DNA of 64,000 nt from an uncultured virus (IMG/VR IMGVR_UViG_3300042294_002722) (IMGVR_UViG_3300042294_002722); one strand, 5' to 3'. Positions 19,160 to 27,277 are shown, counted from the first letter of the stretch. The notes: a model not told the origin generated them from the sequence alone. Made by a program: numbers and translations.

Positions 19160-20734
19160 ATGTGTTTGAATGACAATCTTGCATCGGTAGGGGTTACAGT
19201 GTTAGAGAATGGGCAATTCGCTAAAATTGGCCAATTCAAAGCCAAGCCAATTGGATTACCCGAATTGGCTAGCATGGTATCGGGTTGGACGTGGGAGCAG
19301 CTTAACCCGTTATACGATCATATCATAGCACATGCTTCCGATACGTTCGAATTGCTTAGGGGAAAGGATATCCACAAGGTTTATATGGAAGAATGCAATG
19401 AATATGGTAGGGGCGGCTCTTGTATGCGGGGTGCAGGGTGTAAAGAATTGCGAGAATTATACGTTGCGAATCCCGAACGTATCGGGATTGTGGCAAGTAA
19501 GAAAAGCTATTGGTTGGAGTCGGGTATGTCATCTTTAGTATGGTATTCCGTGTCGGGTAGGGTAGCTTACTTGGATCGGGTGTATACGTGTGGCTATCCT
19601 AAGCTTATTGCGCCGATTATCGCAGAAGTGTTTCTCGCTGTTATCCAAGCGGAAACGCCAAGTGTGCAAAAGCTTAAGGTTATACACAATCGACTAGGGT
19701 TAACAGTTGATAGGAATCCTAACATATCAACGTATTCAAAAGCGCTCAAGATATCCGGGTTAAAATGGCATGGCGATTGCATGCCATATCTTGACACTCT
19801 GTGCTATGCTAGTGAACCTGATTTCGATGGCAAGATATCTCTGCGCACGGAAGCGGATAGCGAATGTGAAGTATATTGCCGAAACACAGAGGGGACGTGC
19901 ATCGGTAACGCTGTAGCCCGTGGGCGATATCGTTGTCACAATTGCGACCGTAGAGTGAATGAGGACGATATGCGCAGTGATGATAACGGTACTGTGTATT
20001 GTGAAAATTGTTTCGACGAATTGTATACTTACTGTGACTGGATGGAAGAATACGTTAGTTGCGATGATATCGAACGGATATCGGCGTACGTTTCTGCGCG
20101 CACTGCGCGCCGATACGGGTTAGATAGAGATGATAACGGAATTGCAGAATTTTATATCTCGGAATATGCGCGCAGAGAGAATTTTACAGAATGCGCCGAT
20201 GGTTGTCTTGCTGAATATTGTGAGGATTGCGAAACCATCGGCGATATCGATGGGGATACGATATCCCCCGCCGATGTAGAATCGGGAGACTGGATACTAA
20301 CTTACGAGGGGGATTACGTTATCGCCGACAATGCCCATTATTGGGAATCGGATGGCGAGTATCATACCGAACCCGATGATACCGATGATACCGATGATAC
20401 CGATGATACCGATATCGCCCCTAATCCCGATACCCTGCCCTCAGTACTAGTCGATTCCACAGGTTACCCGTGGGGTATGGTGAGGAAGTGCCCCAACGAT
20501 AGTACCCGATGGGAGTGTATCGTCATATCTTGTGAAACTAAGATATTTGATCGGGAGTCTAGGGGCGACTGTATTCGACTAGCCAGGGTATTTCATTCGC
20601 TAGCATGCCGAACCATACCCGAACAATGGCAAGATATCGTTCGCGCGAATGATATCGACAGCGCGCATAGGGTATTAAATCATAGGGTAAGCAGCGCCGT
20701 TCGATGCGAACTAGCGCGATGCGCTAGGGGCTGA
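19160..20734 (+). CDS. Large Cys/acid-rich early phage protein of unknown function
   Basis: 524 aa; GSCM...LYVANP...YLDRVY...MPYLDT followed by multiple CxxC motifs; AAAGGGTT RBS; DDT x4 repeat near 20371-20413. Confidence 0.7.
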   Translation: MCLNDNLASVGVTVLENGQFAKIGQFKAKPIGLPELASMVSGWTWEQLNPLYDHIIAHASDTFELLRGKDIHKVYMEECNEYGRGGSCMRGAGCKELRELYVANPERIGIVASKKSYWLESGMSSLVWYSVSGRVAYLDRVYTCGYPKLIAPIIAEVFLAVIQAETPSVQKLKVIHNRLGLTVDRNPNISTYSKALKISGLKWHGDCMPYLDTLCYASEPDFDGKISLRTEADSECEVYCRNTEGTCIGNAVARGRYRCHNCDRRVNEDDMRSDDNGTVYCENCFDELYTYCDWMEEYVSCDDIERISAYVSARTARRYGLDRDDNGIAEFYISEYARRENFTECADGCLAEYCEDCETIGDIDGDTISPADVESGDWILTYEGDYVIADNAHYWESDGEYHTEPDDTDDTDDTDDTDIAPNPDTLPSVLVDSTGYPWGMVRKCPNDSTRWECIVISCETKIFDRESRGDCIRLARVFHSLACRTIPEQWQDIVRANDIDSAHRVLNHRVSSAVRCELARCARG

Positions 20735-20759
20735 ATTAGACTAGGCTGAATTACAATCC

Positions 20760-20794
20760 TAACCCCTAGGGATATCCCTAGGGGTTATTTTATT
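20760..20794 (+). terminator. 28-bp perfect palindrome/terminator
   Basis: TAACCCCTAGGGATATCCCTAGGGGTTA (20760-20787) followed by TTTTATT. Confidence 0.75.
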
Positions 20795-21220
20795 GGCCTC
20801 CAGGCCTCCAGGCCTCCAGGCCTCCAGGCCTCCAGGCCTCCCGTGGCCTCCCGTGGCCTCCCGTGGCCTCCAGGCCTCCCGTGGCCTCCAGGCCTCCAGG
20901 CCTCCAGGCCTCCAGGCCTCCAGGCCTCCAGGCCTCCAGGCCTCCCGTGGCCTCCAGGCCTCCCGTGGCCTCCCGTGGCCTCCAGGCCTCCCGTGGCCTC
21001 CCGTGGCCTCCAGGCCTCCAGGCCTCCAGGCCTCCCGTGGCCTCCCGTGGCCTCCCGTGGCCTCCCGTGGCCTCCCGTGGCCTCCAGGCCTCCAGGCCTC
21101 CAGGCCTCCAGGCCTCCAGGCCTCCAGGCCTCCAGGCCTCCAGGCCTCCCGTGGCCTCCCGTGGCCTCCAGGCCTCCCGTGGCCTCCCGTGGCCTCCAGG
21201 CCTCCCGTGGCCTCCAGGCC
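20795..21220. repeat. Aperiodic two-unit array of GGCCTCCA (29 copies) and GGCCTCCCGT (19 copies)
   Basis: Hand-parsed order A5 B3 A B A7 B A B2 A B2 A3 B5 A8 B2 A B2 A B A = 422 bp. Confidence 0.97.
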
Positions 21221-21230
21221 CGCACACGCA

Positions 21231-21370
21231 TACCTTTGCCCCCTGTTTACCTACCTTTGCCCCCTGTTTACCTTTGCCCCCTGTTTACCTACCTTTGCCC
21301 CCTGTTTACCTTTGCCCCCTGTTTACCTACCTTTGCCCCCTGTTTACCTACCTTTGCCCCCTGTTTACCT
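21231..21370. repeat. Seven copies of ACCTTTGCCCCCTGTTT with an optional ACCT spacer (17/21-bp period)
   Basis: Directly visible; pyrimidine-rich strand. Confidence 0.95.
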
Positions 21371-21462
21371 ATTTCACTGGATTTCCTATTGTGTTTTTGC
21401 CGATAACTAGCTAATCTGAGTTGTTCGGTTCTGTTTCACTGTTTTTAGAAAGGGTTTTACCT

Positions 21463-22338
21463 ATGCTTCAATTTCCAAAGTTTTCCGCGCTTCTGTCCGA
21501 TCTTTGCAAGGCAAAGACTAGGCAAGTCTTCCAGATGTCAACTAGCCACGGCTTCAAGTTGTATTCGGCAAAAGGTCGCACGGGCAAACAGACCTACGCT
21601 TTCCGCAAGGGCAAATTGCCTACTAGCCCGCTCATCGTTTGTCATGCCGATACGGTGGTCAAGGGGGGTGATGGTCCGCACGATTTTAGTTACGATCCAT
21701 TGACCCACAAAGCGGTTTCGATTGCCCTCGATGATCGTCTCGGTATCGCTTGCATGTTCTACGGCATAAAAAACAAATCGTTTTTGCGTGATTGCGCAAT
21801 GCTTATCTGCGACGATGAGGAAATCGGTAACTCATCTGCGCAGGTGTTTACCCAGGATATCGTACCTAATTTCCTGGTGGAACTAGATCGTAGGGGTACT
21901 GACGTTGTTTGCTACCAGTACGATTCCGCGCTCTTGCGGTCTTTGATCGAAAGCGTAGGGTTTCGCGTGGGTAACGGATCATTCAGCGACATCTGCTACC
22001 TAGAGAACTTCGGGGTTGTCGGATTCAACGTGGGGGTTGGATATCATCGCGAGCATTCGACCGAGTGTCACGCAGTGCTTACCGATACCGATTCGCAACT
22101 AACGAAGCTCGGGCTGTTTTTCGACCGGTTTAATGGTACTCGGCTTGCCTACGATGGCGGGTACGATAGCTACGATTACTACGATAGCTACGGAATCGAG
22201 AAATCCAGCAAACGGGGCAAGGGATCATCGAAGTACTGGCCTTATACCGATGATGTAATCACCGGGGCAAAGGCTGATGAATTCGTTGACTGGGAGTCGG
22301 ATAGTGTGTTCAAAGACTGGAATCGCCGAATGTTTTAA
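21463..22338 (+). CDS. Zn-dependent exopeptidase (M28/M42-like)
   Basis: Metal-ligand motifs CHADTV, LDDRLG, DDEEIG, ELDRRG, GSFSD, GYHREH; GAAAGGGTTTT RBS before ATG 21463. Confidence 0.8.
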   Translation: MLQFPKFSALLSDLCKAKTRQVFQMSTSHGFKLYSAKGRTGKQTYAFRKGKLPTSPLIVCHADTVVKGGDGPHDFSYDPLTHKAVSIALDDRLGIACMFYGIKNKSFLRDCAMLICDDEEIGNSSAQVFTQDIVPNFLVELDRRGTDVVCYQYDSALLRSLIESVGFRVGNGSFSDICYLENFGVVGFNVGVGYHREHSTECHAVLTDTDSQLTKLGLFFDRFNGTRLAYDGGYDSYDYYDSYGIEKSSKRGKGSSKYWPYTDDVITGAKADEFVDWESDSVFKDWNRRMF

Positions 22339-22362
22339 TCTGTACTTTTTTTTCCGAAAAGT

Positions 22363-22403
22363 TGTCAAGTTGTATTGACAGGGTTGCCGATAAAGTAGAT
22401 ATT
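22363..22403 (+). promoter_or_regulatory. Early promoter/operator copy 1 (TGTCAAGTTGTATTGACAGGGTTGCCGATA)
   Basis: 30-bp identity with the copy at 24499; TTGACA embedded in a TGTCAA-N6-TTGACA inverted repeat. Confidence 0.7.
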
Positions 22404-22467
22404 GGGAAAACCGATTGCCGAACTGGTTGGTAATCAGAAGTTCAAACGAGAAAAGGAAACGCAGAAA

Positions 22468-22737
22468 ATGAGCAACGCAACAACCGCACGCGACACACTG
22501 GTTTACGAAGTCACTATTACCGATCTTTGGGCAGAGGAAGGGGGATGGTCAGGCAACTATTCTTGGGTACGTCGATTCACTGTTTCGGTTCCTGCCAACT
22601 GGTCAGACTTGCGGATTGCCCGCAAGATCAAACGGGTTGCCGGGTTGCAGGGATGGAAGACTGATTTTTGGGCAGGTTGTGATTTTTGCTGGCGCGACGG
22701 ATGCGTAGGGGCTTACGCTGAATTGCGATACGAATAG
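22468..22737 (+). CDS. Hypothetical early protein
   Basis: AAAGGA RBS, GNYSWVRR motif; its stop codon overlaps ribozyme copy 1. Confidence 0.65.
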   Translation: MSNATTARDTLVYEVTITDLWAEEGGWSGNYSWVRRFTVSVPANWSDLRIARKIKRVAGLQGWKTDFWAGCDFCWRDGCVGAYAELRYE

Positions 22738-22809
22738 CAGAGGGGCACGGGCTATCCCGTGCTAATGCACCCCGGGCAACTTCGCTCGGTTGCTGGTCCC
22801 CAGTCCAGG
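22737..22809 (+). ncRNA. Twister-like self-cleaving ribozyme, circularly permuted (P5-type topology), copy 1
   Basis: GCA-GAGGG / P1 GCACGGG-CTAT-CCCGTGC / U^AA-UGC / P3 CCGGGC..GCTCGG / P4 CTGG-TCCC-CAGT-CCAG; predicted cut 22763^22764. Confidence 0.8.
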
Positions 22810-22833
22810 TTTTCTTTGAAAGGGTTTTAACTC

Positions 22834-23721
22834 ATGGTTACATTTTCACAATCTCGCGCTGATCTTGAAGCACAAGTTCGCAAGGCATTCGATTTCAAGG
22901 TCGAGCGCCGGGAACTGTTCGGTCCCAGTGGAGAGCAGACCGGGTTCTACGGGTTGTTTCGGTCTGACACAAACGAAATCGTCGCTCCTTCGTCGGTATC
23001 CGATAGGTACGCACCACATCAGACCGAAGACGTTCTGCGACTGTTTGACGCGACCTGGGAAGCGTTTTCCGGCATCGCGAACGTGTCTTGCCATTTCAAT
23101 AGGGGTCATTACCTTTCGATCACGCCAGACAAGGCAACCCGGCTGAACGTCTTCGGGACGACTGACGGCATTTTCCCGAGACTCGTTATCAAGGCAGGAT
23201 ACAACGGGAAACCGTTTTCTCTGGAGATGGGATGGTATCGCGACATGTGCAAGAATCTTGCACGGATGGCGAGCGTTGCGGGAACGTCAACGAGCATTCG
23301 ACACACGCTGTCCCTAGAGGGGAAGATTACCGATGTTATCGAGTCATTTTCGCAGGTCCGTGAATCGTGGCAGGCCCTCGGGGACCGTGTGCGGGCCTTT
23401 GAGTCGATCAAGGTCGAAGTCCCTCAATTCGTCGAAGAAGTCTTCGGGCAACCGGGGGAATCGAGCGTTGCCCAAGGACATGCCCAAAAACGCCTGGATT
23501 CCATCGCAGGACGCATTCTGCGCGAACGTGCGGCATCTGGCAGGGGCAACGGCCAAAGCCTCACAGCAACGGGTTGGGAGGCATTTAACGGGGTTCAGGG
23601 GTACATCCAGCACGATGTGCGCCGGAACTCGAAACCGGGCCAGTGGGATCGAATGCTCTTGGCTTTGGATGATCCACATGTCAGCAAGGCTGAACAGGTC
23701 TTGCTAGCCCTAGCAGGTTAA
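22834..23721 (+). CDS. DUF932/DUF945-like phage/plasmid early protein
   Basis: FRSDTNE...VSDRYAPHQ, RxxCxN, SIRHT, TGWEAFNGVQGYIQH motifs. Confidence 0.75.
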   Translation: MVTFSQSRADLEAQVRKAFDFKVERRELFGPSGEQTGFYGLFRSDTNEIVAPSSVSDRYAPHQTEDVLRLFDATWEAFSGIANVSCHFNRGHYLSITPDKATRLNVFGTTDGIFPRLVIKAGYNGKPFSLEMGWYRDMCKNLARMASVAGTSTSIRHTLSLEGKITDVIESFSQVRESWQALGDRVRAFESIKVEVPQFVEEVFGQPGESSVAQGHAQKRLDSIAGRILRERAASGRGNGQSLTATGWEAFNGVQGYIQHDVRRNSKPGQWDRMLLALDDPHVSKAEQVLLALAG

Positions 23722-23722
23722 T

Positions 23723-23795
23723 GCAGAGGGGCACGGGGTAACCCGTGCTAATGCACCCCGGGCAACTTCGCTCGGTTGCTGGTCCCAAGTCCAGG
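23723..23795 (+). ncRNA. Twister-like ribozyme copy 2
   Basis: Same fold as copy 1; P1 capped by a GNRA loop (GTAA); canonical GGTCCCAAG; predicted cut 23749^23750. Confidence 0.85.
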
Positions 23796-23816
23796 TCTTT
23801 TGAAAGGGTTTTGAAA

Positions 23817-24041
23817 ATGGAACGATACAGCGATTTGCCGCATAAGCGGTTTGTAAACGGCAAATGGGTCTGGGAACCGTTTGAAGGGAAAAGCGCGGCT
23901 TATTGGGAAGCGGTCGGCAACCGCACAGCACACACTGGTCCTAATCTGCGCAAGCAACCCTGCCAGCGTTGCGGCAAGAAACCTTCATTGATTGTTATAA
24001 AACCAGAATCTTGGTTTGTCTGGTGTGTAAAGTGTTCTTAG
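23817..24041 (+). CDS. Small Zn-finger-like early protein
   Basis: GAAAGGGTTTT RBS; CQRC...CVKC. Confidence 0.6.
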   Translation: MERYSDLPHKRFVNGKWVWEPFEGKSAAYWEAVGNRTAHTGPNLRKQPCQRCGKKPSLIVIKPESWFVWCVKCS

Positions 24042-24066
24042 GTTTTTCTTTGAAAGGGTTTTGAAA

Positions 24067-24495
24067 ATGGAACGATACGTCGAATGGGAATTCACCGGCG
24101 CGGGCAAGGTTTCCTGGGGCAACTTTTTGGCCGCCGAAGCGGTCGCGATTGTCATGGACCGCGAGCAAACCGAAGTGCTGACCTTAGATATTGCCAAGCG
24201 TGCGGCTGATAGGCTCGGGAGCGGTTACAACGCTGAGTCGGTGTTGACACTAACCGCAGGTTGCCGGTTCTGGCGAGTAGAGAAGGAGAAAGAGCAACCA
24301 CCGATCCTTCGCTCTAGCGAAGTCGTGCAGGCTCTCTTCGATTCCACCGGAGATGCGTCTACCTTCGCTGAACGGAGGGCACGCGCGAACGCAGGAGCGT
24401 TTGGCGCGGCATGGGCACATCTGACCGACGAAAAGCGCTTGTTCCTGATCGAATGGGCGAAGAAATACGGAGCGGAAATACGGAGCGGAAAATAA
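24067..24495 (+). CDS. Hypothetical early protein
   Basis: Leader TTTGAAAGGGTTTTGAAAATGGAACGATAC is identical to that of the 23817 gene. Confidence 0.65.
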   Translation: MERYVEWEFTGAGKVSWGNFLAAEAVAIVMDREQTEVLTLDIAKRAADRLGSGYNAESVLTLTAGCRFWRVEKEKEQPPILRSSEVVQALFDSTGDASTFAERRARANAGAFGAAWAHLTDEKRLFLIEWAKKYGAEIRSGK

Positions 24496-24498
24496 TTC

Positions 24499-24538
24499 TG
24501 TCAAGTTGTATTGACAGGGTTGCCGATACAGGTATCAT
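24499..24538 (+). promoter_or_regulatory. Early promoter/operator copy 2
   Basis: TTGACA 24511-24516, 16-bp spacer containing GCCGATA, TATCAT 24533-24538. Confidence 0.75.
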
Positions 24539-24583
24539 TCCAAGGGTTGGTTTTAGGTTTCTACTTTTGAAAAGGGTTTACAG

Positions 24584-25042
24584 ATGAGCGTTTTGGATTC
24601 GGTTGTTTTTGGTACGTTGGCAAAGGCACTGGAAAAAGCTTTCGACCGCAAGGGGCTTGACGATGGCGATTCTCACTCGGTGGAAGCCGATATCGTCGGC
24701 AAGGTGGACGGGATTCCCTTCTCCACTCGTCTTGCGGCTGATATGACCGTTGGTCACGCCAGCACTCGGGCATCGAGCGTAACGCCAGACTCGGCAGAAA
24801 CGCTGGCATACGTCCTAGAACTCGTTGCCCTGGCCTACGGTGACGTAGTGGTCGAAGACATCCTCGATGACCTGCTGGCGGCCTACAAAGCCAACGGCAA
24901 GATTCCTGCCGATCCTAAGTACCTCGGGTTCGTGCAGGTCTTGCAGTCTGCTTTGCGCAAGGAGAAGCAAACCTCGGTTGCCGGTGCTGTCTCCGTTCGT
25001 ACCACTCAGGCTCCCACGCTGAGCGTTGCAGGGGTGCAATAA
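24584..25042 (+). CDS. Hypothetical early protein
   Basis: 152 aa, GAAAAGGGTTT RBS. Confidence 0.65.
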   Translation: MSVLDSVVFGTLAKALEKAFDRKGLDDGDSHSVEADIVGKVDGIPFSTRLAADMTVGHASTRASSVTPDSAETLAYVLELVALAYGDVVVEDILDDLLAAYKANGKIPADPKYLGFVQVLQSALRKEKQTSVAGAVSVRTTQAPTLSVAGVQ

Positions 25043-25125
25043 TGGAACCGCAAACGATTTTCGTCCTGGTTGCGTTTGCAATCGGGGCACTGGGGTTTCT
25101 TGGTTTTCTCCTCGATCACAAATAG
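25042..25125 (+). CDS. 27-aa hydrophobic micropeptide MEPQTIFVLVAFAIGALGFLGFLLDHK
   Basis: TAATG-coupled to the upstream gene; stop overlaps ribozyme copy 3. Confidence 0.6.
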   Translation: MEPQTIFVLVAFAIGALGFLGFLLDHK

Positions 25126-25196
25126 CAGAGGGGCACGGGCTATCCCGTGCTAATGCACCCCGGGCAACTTCGCCCGGTGCTGGTCCCAAGTCCAGG
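25125..25196 (+). ncRNA. Twister-like ribozyme copy 3
   Basis: Same fold; P3 is fully Watson-Crick here (CCGGGC/GCCCGG); predicted cut 25151^25152. Confidence 0.85.
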
Positions 25197-25216
25197 TTTT
25201 ACAAAGGGTTTTTGAA

Positions 25217-25276
25217 ATGGAAATCGCAATTTTTGTTCTGCTCATTCTTTGTGGTTTAGGAGCGTTTAGTCGATAA
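25217..25276 (+). CDS. 19-aa hydrophobic micropeptide MEIAIFVLLILCGLGAFSR
   Basis: AAAGGGTTTTT RBS as in other early genes; TAATG-coupled to the next gene. Confidence 0.55.
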   Translation: MEIAIFVLLILCGLGAFSR

Positions 25277-25539
25277 TGGGGGATCACATCGTTTTCAAAA
25301 TCGTTCGCACGGGAGGCCAAACCACCTACGAACGGGGGATTGTGCTAGAAGGTCGAATCTTCGACTACACACTATCCCTAAGCAAAGATAAAGACATCGA
25401 GCGGGAATACCTGCGCGACATCGAGAACGCGATTGCTCGGGGCAATTCGCACATCGTATTAGGCAACGGCTGGCGCATTTACTGGCAAATACACTCACCC
25501 TGGAACATTCCAGAAGGAGAACTTCCACAATGGCAATAA
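25276..25539 (+). CDS. Hypothetical protein
   Basis: 87-aa ORF, AGGAG RBS. Confidence 0.55.
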   Translation: MGDHIVFKIVRTGGQTTYERGIVLEGRIFDYTLSLSKDKDIEREYLRDIENAIARGNSHIVLGNGWRIYWQIHSPWNIPEGELPQWQ

Positions 25540-25700
25540 ACCCCTACGGTCCAGACCCTGCGTCCGATGATTGCGATTGTTGCAAGCGGTTGGAACGATC
25601 TGTAAACCGGGTCATTACCGGATTTTGCGTAGCTACGTTTTTCTTCGCGGCTACCGTGATTATTTTGGATACTGCAATTCGTCTCGGGTTCCTAGACTAG
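25530..25700 (+). CDS. 56-aa membrane protein (MAINPYGPDP...)
   Basis: Hand-translated; AAGGAG RBS; C-terminal transmembrane segment. Confidence 0.5.
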   Translation: MAINPYGPDPASDDCDCCKRLERSVNRVITGFCVATFFFAATVIILDTAIRLGFLD

Positions 25701-25712
25701 GGAGAACTTTTC

Positions 25713-25928
25713 ATGGTGTATGTAGTTATAAAGTCGATTCATGGTGTTACTCTGTCCCTGGACGCATTCTCGAACGTGGGCAGTGCTATGGACTGCATGG
25801 AATACCAGATTGTTCAGGATGTCATTAGCGGGACCGAAGACGCAGAATACCGGATTGTCGCCAAGCCTGTATCGGATGCTTTTGTACCGGGAACCAAGCC
25901 CCTTAACACAACGAAGGGGCCTGAATAA
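25713..25928 (+). CDS. Hypothetical protein
   Basis: 71 aa, GGGAG RBS. Confidence 0.5.
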   Translation: MVYVVIKSIHGVTLSLDAFSNVGSAMDCMEYQIVQDVISGTEDAEYRIVAKPVSDAFVPGTKPLNTTKGPE

Positions 25929-25981
25929 CAAGGAACGGGTGGTACATTAGCGGTACAGACACCCCAAAAACGAAAACCGCA

Positions 25982-26010
25982 GGCCCGTGAGAAGCGGGCC
26001 ATTTTTATTG
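25982..26010 (+). terminator. Terminator closing the early cluster
   Basis: GGCCCG/CGGGCC stem followed by ATTTTTATT, at a convergent gene junction. Confidence 0.6.
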
Positions 26011-26610
26011 TACGGGGTTGAACCAAACCACCGAACACTTCGGGAGCGGGCCTTGCCGTTTGCGTCCGGTTGCCCTCTCGAAGTCATCGACTGCTTCGAC
26101 GACAAATCGCATATCGTCATCCCAGGTCTTGTAATCGTGGAGCGCGATAATCCCTGTGAAATCATCGCATAGAGCTAGAAAATGTTTTTCATAGATCGGA
26201 AAAGTATGCCCCGCATCGTAGAAGAGCATATCGTAAGATTCCAAGTCTACGGGGCCTGCAATCCATTTTGTCCAGTCCGCGACGACCGGGGTGATCTTAT
26301 CCGCGAGTCCCGAACGCGAGATGTTTTCCAGAGTCTCGCGGATATCGGGCGCTCGAATCTGCGAGTCCCCAAGGTAGTTATCCACAGTCACCACCCGTTT
26401 CGCTGTGGCCGCCATCGCTACGGCAGATCGCCCGTGGTGGGTTCCGATATCCAAGACCGTTTTTCCGGCGGCCAAAAACTGCAAAGTCCGGGCTTCCTGG
26501 CCATACAGATGCCCGGAAACCGACTCATAAGCAGTCAGTTCAGAAAATACCCCGTTTAAGGCCCCTAGCAGGCCCTCTAGCGAGTTCGGAATGTTTTCAG
26601 GTGTTGTCAT
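26005..26610 (-). CDS. Class I SAM-dependent methyltransferase (Methyltransf_24-like)
   Basis: VLDIGTHHGRS, YDMLFYDAGH, IIALHDY. Confidence 0.85.
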   Translation of the reverse strand: MTTPENIPNSLEGLLGALNGVFSELTAYESVSGHLYGQEARTLQFLAAGKTVLDIGTHHGRSAVAMAATAKRVVTVDNYLGDSQIRAPDIRETLENISRSGLADKITPVVADWTKWIAGPVDLESYDMLFYDAGHTFPIYEKHFLALCDDFTGIIALHDYKTWDDDMRFVVEAVDDFERATGRKRQGPLPKCSVVWFNPVQ

Positions 26611-26650
26611 ACCTAGTTTTCTTTGCGCTCGTTATAGAGCGTTTTAGGGG

Positions 26651-27277
26651 CTAATAAACGATGGTTGTAAAAAGCTTGGCATCGGTTGCCGACTGGATTG
26701 TCTGGAGCAGGTTATAGGCATTCCATTCGGACCGGTGGTTGTGAATCTCGATCCCGATGTACTTGACCCTGTGTAACCAGGGCAGAATCTGGGGAATCAA
26801 CTTGAACTCTGCACCTTCTACGTCGATTTTCAAATATGTCGGGGGTTCTTTCAGAAGTTCCGACAAGTTCAAAACGGGGCATTCGTATTCGATGCCGGTG
26901 TGGACAAATTCCGAAGAGTTGCCCGAGCGGTGCGGGTCAAATTGTATCTTTACTTTTTCTTCGTCTGGGCCGCCGACTGCGTAATTGTGACAGGACGCAT
27001 AGCATTGATTCTCCCAGAGATTAAGGAAAAGCTTGTTGAAAATGGTGGGGACTGGCTCAACTGCGATTACCCGGCACTTGAACTTCTTGTAGACGTAGCA
27101 GGAAACGACTCCTACGTTTGCCCCGAGATCAAGAAAGGTATCCTTGGGGCCTAGGGCGATTTCTTCCAACCCGTAGACATTGTGCCGCAGTTCTTGGCAG
27201 ATAAACGGAGTTGTCACCGAGTTTTCAAAGTCGTTGATTTTTAGCGAGATGCCGTTGATTTCTTCGTGGTGGATCAT
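26651..27277 (-). CDS. FkbM-family methyltransferase
   Basis: FLDLGANVG, IAVEP, YLKIDVEGAE. Confidence 0.9.
   Translation of the reverse strand: MIHHEEINGISLKINDFENSVTTPFICQELRHNVYGLEEIALGPKDTFLDLGANVGVVSCYVYKKFKCRVIAVEPVPTIFNKLFLNLWENQCYASCHNYAVGGPDEEKVKIQFDPHRSGNSSEFVHTGIEYECPVLNLSELLKEPPTYLKIDVEGAEFKLIPQILPWLHRVKYIGIEIHNHRSEWNAYNLLQTIQSATDAKLFTTIVY

Noticed and set aside
18839..21370. Possible CRISPR array
   Set aside because: Repeats are head-to-tail with no unique spacers, and no cas genes are present
20785..21414. Five ORFs with WRPGGLEA / ASRPPGLQ repeats
   Set aside because: Translations of the GGCC and TTGCCCCCTG arrays, open only because the units lack stop codons
22737..25196. 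The three intergenic repeats read as simple intrinsic terminators
   Set aside because: The main hairpin is not followed by a U-tract, and the conserved unpaired segments match the twister catalytic core
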